A stretch of DNA of 7,415 nucleotides from a virus (Duplodnaviria; Heunggongvirae; Uroviricota; Caudoviricetes), in IMG/VR virus record IMGVR_UViG_2617270973_000012, positions 1-7,415 of that record; one strand, given 5' to 3'. Below, piece by piece: positions 1 to 6,620 of the stretch. The notes under the pieces were generated by a model. It ran no database searches, was not told the origin of the DNA, and saw only the letters and a list, made by a program, of their open reading frames with translations. Numbering within the stretch: the first letter of the stretch is position 1; the number at the start of each line of letters is the position of its first letter. A program made the position numbers and the translations under genes.

Positions 1-708
1 ATGTGGGTCAATAAGTATATTGACGATTGCACTGATGAGGATTTAAACGATCGTGACTTTATTGCATCAGTTGTTGACCGGGCTATTTTTCATTTCGCGA
101 TTAATAGTATATGTAATCTTGGGGATAATAAAGATGCAATGCCCATTGAACAATGTACTTTTGATGTAGAAACTAAGAATGACCTTCCCTCCACGGTTCA
201 GCTATTTTATGAGGAATCTAAGGATAATGAACCTTTAGCGAATATACATTTTCAAGCAATAGGTTCTGGTTTTTTAACGTTTGTTAATGCCTGCCAGGAA
301 CATGATGACAACAGCTTAAAATTATTTGCTTCGCTGTTAATTTCACTTTCATATTCTAGTGCCTACGCAGATTTATCAGAAACAGTGTATATTAATGAAA
401 ATAATGAGAGCTACCTGAAAGCTCAGTTTGAAAAATTATCTCAACGTGATATGAAGAAGTACCTGGGAGAGATGAAGCGTCTGGCTGATGGGGGAGAAAT
501 GAATTTTGATGGCTATCTGGATAAGATGTCACATCTGGTGAATGAAGGAACGCTCGATCCTGATATTTTAAGCAAAATGCGAGATGCTGCACCACAATTA
601 ATTAGCTTCGCGAAGTCGTTTGACCCAACCTCAAAGGAAGAGATTAAAATACTTACAGACACTTCTAAATTAATTTATGATTTGTTCGGGGTTAAATCGG
701 AGAAATAA
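1..708 (+). CDS. Hypothetical protein, 235 aa, AT-rich; possibly the 3' part of a longer gene cut by the window edge
   Basis: Open frame from ATG at position 1 to TAA at 706-708, followed by a hairpin plus T-run terminator. No motif I recognise. Composition is clearly AT-rich compared with the prophage core. Because the ORF begins exactly at the window edge, the true start may lie upstream. Confidence 0.55.
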   Translation: MWVNKYIDDCTDEDLNDRDFIASVVDRAIFHFAINSICNLGDNKDAMPIEQCTFDVETKNDLPSTVQLFYEESKDNEPLANIHFQAIGSGFLTFVNACQEHDDNSLKLFASLLISLSYSSAYADLSETVYINENNESYLKAQFEKLSQRDMKKYLGEMKRLADGGEMNFDGYLDKMSHLVNEGTLDPDILSKMRDAAPQLISFAKSFDPTSKEEIKILTDTSKLIYDLFGVKSEK

Positions 709-749
709 TATGTGAAGTTCTTCGATAGTATGGAAGGCATTATATAAAA

Positions 750-778
750 GGACCCAATATTTATTGGGTTCTTTTTTC
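750..778 (+). terminator. Rho-independent terminator after the 1-708 ORF
   Basis: GGACCCAATA / TATTGGGTTC imperfect inverted repeat (one mismatch or G-U pair) followed directly by TTTTTT (772-777), about 40 nt after the stop codon. Confidence 0.7.
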
Positions 779-1294
779 TCTATCAATGCTATTAGCAGGG
801 AGATATATCACCAGAGTTTAATGTGTGATTTTTTATTTATCGTCGAACCTGGATTGTTTATCATTGGCCTTAACAAAGTTAACGGCTAATAAGATTATTT
901 CCATCACTTCGTGAGAGCTTCATGCCTTGAGAGGATCTCAATTTTCTTTTGCAATGAGACAGGCGCTTCCTGTTGTTATGGTATAGTACCCCGCTATTGA
1001 GCCTCCTGAACAGTGATGCTGAATAACATAACCCCATGATATATCGATAAAATAATCTCTACATTTGAAAATGCACGGTAATTCTGAAATGCAAAAAATC
1101 AACCAAACCAGCGCAATGCCTGAAAAAACTGACGTTCACTGGAGTGGTCGGTTTAGCGTTGCACCAATGCTCGATAGGATGTATCGTTTTTGAAAAACAA
1201 TTGGTTATGTGTTTTGTGGGAGCCTATTGGGAACCTATCAAAAGATTTTTTGTCATAGCAGTGTGAGATGCAAAACACTGTGATGGTCGCTTTG

Positions 1295-1322
1295 TTGACA
1301 TCGCAACTTCTGCAGGTATAAT
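1295..1322 (+). promoter_or_regulatory. Near-consensus sigma70 promoter for the DUF4065/membrane-protein operon
   Basis: TTGACA at 1295-1300, a 16-nt spacer, then TATAAT at 1317-1322; both hexamers match consensus exactly. Predicted transcription start near 1329-1330, giving a roughly 150-nt leader before the ATG at 1480. Confidence 0.7.
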
Positions 1323-1479
1323 TCGCCACCAATTTGTAACCTGTGTATATGTACAGTTCTTTGCTGGTTATAAACACAGTGAATTGCTCTTGCAATCTTC
1401 CAAAATTTTTTTGTTCGTGCTAGGTTGAGATAACAGTGATGATACTGTTTGCACATTCAGTGTAATGAGGAGGGTGGTT

Positions 1480-1953
1480 ATGTACAGCCCGGTACAAATA
1501 GCCAATAAATTCATAACGTTGGGAAACCAACATCATAATCCTCTGACCCACATGCAACTGCAGAAGCTTACTTATATTGCACATGGTTACTATTTAGCAT
1601 TAACAGGTAAGCCTTTGCTCAATGAATGTGTCTCCGCGTGGAAGTACGGTCCAGTTATTCCTGGAATGTACGATGCTTTCAAAGATTATGGGAATAAACC
1701 TGTTACGAATGTAGCAGTAGCTCCTTTTGGTGGCATTGTTACTATGGATCCACAAGCAGAGAGCATTATAGGGGCTGTTTATAAATTTTACGGCTCGAAA
1801 AATGGAATTGAGTTATCAACTCTAACTCATATGCCTGGTACGCCTTGGTCACAAGCTTATAATGGTATTGGCTCGTCAATCATCTCAAATGATGCGATCA
1901 AGGCTTATTATCATGATTTATTGAATAACCGACAGCAATGTCAGGGCCTCTGA
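1480..1953 (+). CDS. Panacea-domain (DUF4065 / COG3600 GepA / SocA-like) protein, putative PanA-type antitoxin, 157 aa
   Basis: The segment LQKLTYIAHGYYLALTGKPLLNECVSAWKYGPVIPGMYDAF resembles the conserved core of DUF4065/Panacea proteins as I recall it. AGGAGG at 1468-1473 lies 6 nt upstream of ATG 1480. The ORF-track start at 1465 is an in-frame ATG sitting inside this ribosome-binding site, so I moved the start to 1480. Stop is TGA at 1951-1953. Confidence 0.6.
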   Translation: MYSPVQIANKFITLGNQHHNPLTHMQLQKLTYIAHGYYLALTGKPLLNECVSAWKYGPVIPGMYDAFKDYGNKPVTNVAVAPFGGIVTMDPQAESIIGAVYKFYGSKNGIELSTLTHMPGTPWSQAYNGIGSSIISNDAIKAYYHDLLNNRQQCQGL

Positions 1954-1975
1954 AAAAGTAATATTCAGGGATGAC

Positions 1976-2524
1976 ATGTCTCACAATTCAGATATCTATA
2001 AACTTATCGGAGCGGCCGCAGGTGTTGAAAATGGTCGCTCTGAAGCATCCTTAAACTCTACTGACAGTCAAGAACAGATTTTTAAATCTGCATTTGAGCC
2101 GTCTAATCATGAGAGCGACGATGATTCTTCTTCAGAAAATAAAGCTATTCTGGAGGCAGAAGAGTTTGGTTCTAATACTGGTGCATTGCATGAGTTTATG
2201 CAGCAGAACAGAATGGACAGTCTTCAAGCTCAGCTTGATATGCTCAAATCACAAGTACGGGATAAGATAGCTGACGCAACTGGTAAAGAAATAGACAATG
2301 AGCTTCGGACAAAAATGGCCTCATTCACGGTTTGGTTTATGTCGTGTTGGTGCTTATTCGTTGTCGCAATGTTTACATCGTTTCTTATTGCACATGAAGG
2401 AAAGCCTCCAGTTGAAGCGATCGTTGCATTACTAGGTACAAGTACAATTAGTATTGTTGGTTTGGTTGGTTTCGTTGTTAGTGGATTGTTCAAATCAAGA
2501 AAAGATAGTGATAAAGAAAAATAA
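1976..2524 (+). CDS. Membrane protein, 182 aa: acidic N-terminal region, coiled-coil-like middle, two C-terminal TM helices; candidate toxin/effector partner of the upstream gene
   Basis: Starts 22 nt after the upstream stop, with a weak GGGA ribosome-binding site. The N-terminus is rich in D/E/S (ESDDDSSSENKAILEAEEF). Two hydrophobic stretches, FTVWFMSCWCLFVVAMFTSFLIA and AIVALLGTSTISIVGLVGFVVSGLF, are followed by a basic tail KSRKDSDKEK. No family recognised. Confidence 0.6.
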   Translation: MSHNSDIYKLIGAAAGVENGRSEASLNSTDSQEQIFKSAFEPSNHESDDDSSSENKAILEAEEFGSNTGALHEFMQQNRMDSLQAQLDMLKSQVRDKIADATGKEIDNELRTKMASFTVWFMSCWCLFVVAMFTSFLIAHEGKPPVEAIVALLGTSTISIVGLVGFVVSGLFKSRKDSDKEK

Positions 2525-2544
2525 CCCGTACATATACGGGTTAT
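2521..2544. terminator. Bidirectional rho-independent terminator between convergent transcription units
   Basis: Perfect 10-bp inverted repeat ATAACCCGTA (2521-2530) / TACGGGTTAT (2535-2544) with loop CATA. An A-run lies upstream (a U-tract for minus-strand transcripts) and a T-rich stretch downstream. It overlaps the TAA stop of the plus-strand gene and sits 14 nt from the stop of the minus-strand PrtN-like gene. Confidence 0.75.
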
Positions 2545-2557
2545 CCATAGTTTTAGT

Positions 2558-2830
2558 TTAGTTATATTTTTGTTTTTCCGTTCTGACTTTTTCCCACTCA
2601 GCTCGCCCTTCTTCCCGTCTTTTGTCAATATATTCCGCAAGATCCTGAATGTTGATGCAGCGTTTTGCTTTTTGTGATGTACCGATGCGATATGTAGGTA
2701 CAGGCAACTTACAAGCGTTTGCTTTTGCTTCTGCTGTGGCTGGACTCATACCAAAGTATTTTTGACTAACTGCTGAGAGTTCAATGTTTGGGGTATTGAA
2801 TTCAGCCATCAGTAAAAACAAGGTGTTCAT
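2558..2830 (-). CDS. PrtN-family / excisionase-like small DNA-binding protein, 90 aa
   Basis: Small basic protein at the distal end of the leftward operon. Sequence MNTLFLLMAEFNTPNIELSAVSQKYFGMSPATAEAKANACKLPVPTYRIG resembles the pyocin-activator PrtN family, often annotated as phage excisionase. I moved the start from the ORF-track GTG at 2857 to ATG at 2828-2830, which has GGAG 6 nt upstream. Confidence 0.55.
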   Translation of the reverse strand: MNTLFLLMAEFNTPNIELSAVSQKYFGMSPATAEAKANACKLPVPTYRIGTSQKAKRCINIQDLAEYIDKRREEGRAEWEKVRTEKQKYN

Positions 2831-2866
2831 AATTTTCTCCATCAAAACCGGCTGCACCCGGGAAAA

Positions 2867-3439
2867 TCATAATTCTGTGCTGGTGGCAGGAATTAGTTTC
2901 TGCCAGATAGCGGAAACATATTTTGCCTGATGACGGGCATCAGCCAGGGCGTTGTGCCGTTCTCCATCGAAAGGCATGTCCATTTTTGGGTCGAATCCGA
3001 TGGAACGCCCAAGCGTAACGATCGTGCGTACATCGTGGTCATTCCAGTACGCCCACGGGCAGATTTGTCCTGCTCGCTCGTAAGCTCCACGTAAAATTAC
3101 GTTGTCGAAGGTGGCCCCGTTACCCCAGACTTTTAAATATTTTGTATTGTCTGCATGCTGATTAATGAAATGGCTCAGTTCAGAGAGTGCATCGCTGATC
3201 GACAAAGTATCATCAATACAGATTGCAGCTCGTGCTTCAGAGCTCTGTTTCAACCACCACAGGATGGTATCGCCGTCAGGTGTAGCTCCTTGCCCCATAG
3301 CACTTTCCAGGCTAACAACCGTATAGAATTCTTGTCCGATGTCTCCGGTTTCTGGAGTGAAGAACACCGCGCCAATGGAAACGATCGGTGCATCCTTATT
3401 TTTCCCCATCGTCTCAAGGTCGATCATTAAGTTATTCAT
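2867..3439 (-). CDS. DnaQ-like DEDDh 3'-5' exonuclease, phage-type, 190 aa
   Basis: Exo I motif IDLETMG, Exo II WGNGATFDNVIL and Exo III HNALADA (H-x4-D) are all present. GGAGG ribosome-binding site. The start ATG overlaps the stop of the upstream gene (TAATG). Confidence 0.7.
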   Translation of the reverse strand: MNNLMIDLETMGKNKDAPIVSIGAVFFTPETGDIGQEFYTVVSLESAMGQGATPDGDTILWWLKQSSEARAAICIDDTLSISDALSELSHFINQHADNTKYLKVWGNGATFDNVILRGAYERAGQICPWAYWNDHDVRTIVTLGRSIGFDPKMDMPFDGERHNALADARHQAKYVSAIWQKLIPATSTEL

Positions 3440-4263
3440 TACTTCACCTCCTGCGGCGGTTCCGGTAGCGGCATCCAGTGGGTTACTTTCAATGCCGGTT
3501 CTTCCCCATCGTCAGTAACTGCCCACCATTTGTTTCTCGAACAATCGTAATATCCTTCGAAGGTATCGCACTCAGTCCAGCCGTAAGACTTACCCCAACA
3601 CCAAACATATTGTTTATCGTTCGGCATTCGCTCACTACAGCTTATCCAACTATCCGGAGTTACCGGATAGTTGCGCATTGCGACCTTTAATGCCTCATAG
3701 AAGCAACCTTTCAGATTGTTGAACTGACGCCCATTAAGAGGACCGTGTTCAGTAAGCATGTTGCGTAATTTCCATGCCGCGTCGTTTACTTCGTTGGATG
3801 ACAGGGGAGGCAACTTGTAAGTTTGGCTTACAGGTTCGGCACCATGAAGCATGGCGCCGCTCCGCTCTATGCCATCCAGCGCGATTCGCAGTGCCTGAAT
3901 TGTGGTAGAGCTATCGTTTGGGGCTATTCCATATCGCTCGAATACAGCTAAATGGTTGCGCATAATCTCAGGCGTAAGCTCTTTGTAAGCATAAGCAAGA
4001 GGCTCTGATGCATTATCCGGCACAACCGACGCAGGCGCGGCAGCATAAACAGGAATAACGTCCGCTTGCTCTTTATTGCTTTCATCCGTTAAAGCCCAGA
4101 ATAATTTCCCGGCCGGATGTTTGAAAATATAAGCAACTGGATCTGCTTCCAGCGATGCCAGTGCAATTTCATAAGCACGGCGCTCAATATTGTCTCGAAC
4201 GTCCAAGCTGCCTATGCGCTCTTTGATTTCTTTAATCAGTTCTTTGTCGGTAAAATTGGTCAT
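3439..4263 (-). CDS. Phage protein with C-terminal DUF551-like domain, 274 aa
   Basis: The C-terminus is Trp/Cys-rich and ends VTHWMPLPEPP, typical of DUF551 phage proteins as I recall them. AAGGAG ribosome-binding site 6 nt upstream of ATG 4261-4263. N-terminal half not recognised. Confidence 0.5.
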   Translation of the reverse strand: MTNFTDKELIKEIKERIGSLDVRDNIERRAYEIALASLEADPVAYIFKHPAGKLFWALTDESNKEQADVIPVYAAAPASVVPDNASEPLAYAYKELTPEIMRNHLAVFERYGIAPNDSSTTIQALRIALDGIERSGAMLHGAEPVSQTYKLPPLSSNEVNDAAWKLRNMLTEHGPLNGRQFNNLKGCFYEALKVAMRNYPVTPDSWISCSERMPNDKQYVWCWGKSYGWTECDTFEGYYDCSRNKWWAVTDDGEEPALKVTHWMPLPEPPQEVK

Positions 4264-4273
4264 GTGTTACTCC

Positions 4274-4537
4274 TTAACCCGCAGTGCTTTCAACTGACGA
4301 GGGGAACAAAATCTTTTCATCAAATCCGGCATTCATATCATGGACAGCAACACACCAATCCATTGACGAACGATTATCAAGAGCCTCCATGATTTCATCC
4401 ATGCGGCGTAGGTCATACAGGTAAATATTTTTATCGCCAATGGTGTAAAAACCAATTTTTTTCGGTGATGGACAGCGATCAATAACGTCCTGTAATTCGT
4501 TCAACCATGCCTGTTCTTTTTTTGTCAAAGTTGCCAT
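4274..4537 (-). CDS. Hypothetical phage early protein, 87 aa
   Basis: ATG at 4535-4537 is preceded by AAGGA. The ORF-track extension to 4627 would overlap the upstream gene and has no ribosome-binding site. Stop TAA at 4274-4276. Confidence 0.5.
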   Translation of the reverse strand: MATLTKKEQAWLNELQDVIDRCPSPKKIGFYTIGDKNIYLYDLRRMDEIMEALDNRSSMDWCVAVHDMNAGFDEKILFPSSVESTAG

Positions 4538-4538
4538 A

Positions 4539-4757
4539 TCAGTTTTCCTTATACGGATTAATTTTATTGTGCAGTGTGTTGAACGACGCCCATACCACGT
4601 CGTTATACAATTCAATAACTGGCTCAATTATTTTCCCGATTGCCCAGACAAAAATTAGCGGGGATATCGGTATCATCAACACGATAAACAGAATGAGAAA
4701 CAGGAATTCTGTCGTTCTACTCTTTCGCGGATATTCTTTTCTGAATAATGTCGGCAC
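4539..4757 (-). CDS. Small single-TM membrane protein, 72 aa, GTG start
   Basis: AAGGAG lies 7 nt upstream of GTG 4755-4757. Hydrophobic helix FLFLILFIVLMIPISPLIFVWAIG. Stop-start spacing with neighbouring genes is 1-2 nt. Confidence 0.45.
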   Translation of the reverse strand: MPTLFRKEYPRKSRTTEFLFLILFIVLMIPISPLIFVWAIGKIIEPVIELYNDVVWASFNTLHNKINPYKEN

Positions 4758-4758
4758 A

Positions 4759-5091
4759 TCACTCTCCTTTGATGCGAATGCCAGCGACGCGTAGTGCGTG
4801 TTCTAAGTCAATCAGGCAAAGCCAACTGCCATTTTCTTTAGGTATCATGACATGTCGCTTATCAGCATTTATTGGGTGCCCATATCGAAGGTCGTAGCGA
4901 GTCGGTAATTGAACTTCCCTCGCTTCCAGTTCTGTAATGCGTTTGTTTTTAGCTTCTAGTTCATCCAGCAGCGCCAGCACAACCTGCGGTGTGACTTTCA
5001 TACGAAATGCCAGCAATTTTTGTGGTGTGGCTACTATTTTTATTGCTTCTGCCGCCTCACGCAGTGCCTGATAGTTAATTTTGGTTGTCAT
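4759..5091 (-). CDS. Hypothetical phage early protein, 110 aa, coiled-coil segment
   Basis: ATG 5089-5091 overlaps the upstream stop (ATGA). GAGGTGG ribosome-binding site. Heptad-like segment LLDELEAKNKRITELEAREVQL. Family not securely recognised. Confidence 0.5.
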   Translation of the reverse strand: MTTKINYQALREAAEAIKIVATPQKLLAFRMKVTPQVVLALLDELEAKNKRITELEAREVQLPTRYDLRYGHPINADKRHVMIPKENGSWLCLIDLEHALRVAGIRIKGE

Positions 5092-5966
5092 GCCACCACC
5101 TCTTCGAATTTCAACTCCAATTGATCACCCCAGATTTCACATGACTCTGAACACGAGCCGGTATCGAATCGCCTGGCTTGCACCATCGCCTGATACAAAT
5201 TTCTGTAGTCGCTGTCGGCATACATTCTGGCAATCCCGTCAAGACTCAGATGACCACGGTACATAACGTCTTTATCTGTCTTTCGGTGACCATCCCGGAC
5301 GTGTTTACCTGTAACCAGCTCATTAAAAACTCTCATCAGACCAGGTTCGTCTTTACATGCAAGCCCCAGCTTTTGCGTGGACTTTTTGATGCAGAAAACA
5401 CAGTTCCCGAGGTGCTCCGGGATTTGCAAATCAAAAGGTTGTTTATGCCACCACCGGATAACATCCGACTTATCAAAATCAGATAGCTCGGCAAGATACC
5501 GGACGCCTGATTTCGGTTTCAGCCTACGAGGTTCGTCTGCACGAATACCCAGCCATGTGATGTAATTCCCTCGTCCGAAATGGTCATCGCAGTATTTTGT
5601 GAAGGGGGTGAGTTTTAATCTGTCAGTGCAGAACGCGCCGCCGATGTATGGCGTGCCATATTTTTTTACCATGTCCATAAACGGTTTAAGCACCGGCATT
5701 CGCGTCTGAATATCCTTTGGTTCCCATTCCGTATAACCATTTGGCTGCCCAAGCTCTGGATTTATATCGACCTGCAACACAGTTAGCGGTATGCCCCAGA
5801 ACTTCACAACCTCCCGAATAAAGCGGTATGTCAGCGGATGTTCGCAACCGGTATCCATAAAGATGTAGCAGACGTTATTACCAGCCTTTCTTTGTTCTTC
5901 CATCAGGTGAACAAGATATGCAGATGTTCTCCCGCCAGAAAAACTAACTACATGAGTTATGCACAT
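5088..5966 (-). CDS. PAPS-reductase-family (PF01507-like) PP-loop protein, 292 aa
   Basis: PP-loop-like SFSGGRTS near the N-terminus. The segment IFMDTGCEHPLTYRFIREV parallels the CysH-family motif (TDTG...ETYRFI). Common in lambdoid prophage early regions. Confidence 0.7.
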   Translation of the reverse strand: MCITHVVSFSGGRTSAYLVHLMEEQRKAGNNVCYIFMDTGCEHPLTYRFIREVVKFWGIPLTVLQVDINPELGQPNGYTEWEPKDIQTRMPVLKPFMDMVKKYGTPYIGGAFCTDRLKLTPFTKYCDDHFGRGNYITWLGIRADEPRRLKPKSGVRYLAELSDFDKSDVIRWWHKQPFDLQIPEHLGNCVFCIKKSTQKLGLACKDEPGLMRVFNELVTGKHVRDGHRKTDKDVMYRGHLSLDGIARMYADSDYRNLYQAMVQARRFDTGSCSESCEIWGDQLELKFEEVVA

Positions 5967-6493
5967 TTGCGTAATTCCGATAACTCGTTGAAGCGTGCCA
6001 TAAACATCCCGTAGGCATGGCCCGGTGCCAGTGGAATCACGTTGAACATCTCTGTTGCCGGGATGCCTTCTAGTACAGGCCAGAAAGAGCCATCATCAAG
6101 CCCGAGATCGCGGCGTTCGGTTGCCAGCATGATGAGATCGGCATATTTCACGGGTGTACTCATAACCGGGGGTAACCCGTATTTCTCACGGATTACGGCG
6201 TCTATTTTTTCTTCCATCCGTTTATAGTCAGGAAGAAGGCGTTTCAGTGGAGCGGGAATATCCTGGCAATACGCTTCTGTTGCATCATGCATTAACGCTT
6301 CAAAAGCAAATTCCTGCGGCACCAGCTGGCTGCAAAGCACCGCATGCTGGGCGACACTGTAGAAGTGTGAAAGATGTCCTGCAAAGCGACAGATATTTGA
6401 AAGGGAAACCGCGATATCGTTAATAACGATGTCGTCTTTATTTATCTTGTCATAATAAAAATGCTTCCCGGAAAAAGTTTTAATAAATGACAT
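5957..6493 (-). CDS. yfdR: HD-domain phosphohydrolase (YfbR/YfdR-like 5'-deoxynucleotidase family), 178 aa
   Basis: His...His-Asp signature (SVAQHAV ... LMHDATEAY). Length and position next to a DUF2303 gene match CPS-53 yfdR as I recall it. I moved the start from the ORF-track GTG at 6520 to ATG 6491-6493, which has GGAG 6 nt upstream. Confidence 0.6.
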   Translation of the reverse strand: MSFIKTFSGKHFYYDKINKDDIVINDIAVSLSNICRFAGHLSHFYSVAQHAVLCSQLVPQEFAFEALMHDATEAYCQDIPAPLKRLLPDYKRMEEKIDAVIREKYGLPPVMSTPVKYADLIMLATERRDLGLDDGSFWPVLEGIPATEMFNVIPLAPGHAYGMFMARFNELSELRKCA

Positions 6494-6586
6494 TTTGTTC
6501 TCCACGTATATGCGCTGCACCGCGCTGAATTCTGGTAAAAGGAAGCCCTCACCATCCGGCGATTATTGAGTAAATTATGTTTCCAT

Positions 6587-6608
6587 AAATGCCCCCGCAG
6601 GGGCATTT
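6587..6608. other. Perfect 9-bp-stem hairpin in the intergenic region between the DUF2303 and HD genes
   Basis: AAATGCCCC (6587-6595), loop CGCA, GGGGCATTT (6600-6608). No clean U-tract on either strand, so a terminator role is uncertain. Confidence 0.4.
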
Positions 6609-6620
6609 GCAGTAATGAAA

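Noticed and set aside
392-595. Minus-strand ORF 392..595 inside the 1..708 gene
   Set aside because: Antisense shadow ORF inside a longer frame. No start context.
1089-1193. Short plus-strand ORF of 34 codons (MQKINQTSAMPEKTDV...) in the intergenic region
   Set aside because: No ribosome-binding site, no recognisable features, and too short to support without expression data.
1153-1456. Two minus-strand ORFs (1153..1395 and 1253..1456) in the intergenic region
   Set aside because: They overlap the plus-strand consensus promoter and leader, have no Shine-Dalgarno, and their composition (Cys/His/Thr-rich) looks non-coding. Most likely spurious, though a divergent small gene cannot be strictly excluded.
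1465-1479. ORF-track start at 1465 (MRRVV...) for the DUF4065-like gene
   Set aside because: This ATG lies inside the AGGAGG ribosome-binding site of the in-frame ATG at 1480. Initiation at 1480 is far more plausible.
2230-2640. Minus-strand ORF 2230..2640 overlapping the membrane-protein gene and the terminator
   Set aside because: It is antisense to a well-supported gene and spans the bidirectional terminator. Its low-complexity translation is typical of a shadow ORF.
3155-3690. Plus-strand ORFs 3155..3430 and 3478..3690 (also 4117..4392, 4507..4794, 5081..5266, 5178..5486, 5377..5565, 6042..6227, 6733..6978)
   Set aside because: All lie antisense within minus-strand genes that have recognisable domains and coupled starts. 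No ribosome-binding site or domain support. Treated as shadow ORFs.
4538-4627. N-terminal extension of the 4274..4627 ORF (MSQLLNCITTWYGRR...)
   Set aside because: The extension overlaps the upstream small membrane gene in another frame and has no ribosome-binding site. The internal ATG at 4535-4537 has AAGGA upstream.
6494-6520. ORF-track GTG start at 6520 for the HD-domain gene, and GTG at 2857 for the PrtN-like gene
   Set aside because: In both cases a downstream in-frame ATG has a well-placed GGAG ribosome-binding site, and the GTG extension covers that site.
6494-6586. Possible internal minus-strand promoter upstream of the HD gene (TTTACT ... CATAAT-like hexamers)
   Set aside because: The hexamers match poorly and spacing is non-canonical. 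Not supportable without transcription-start data.
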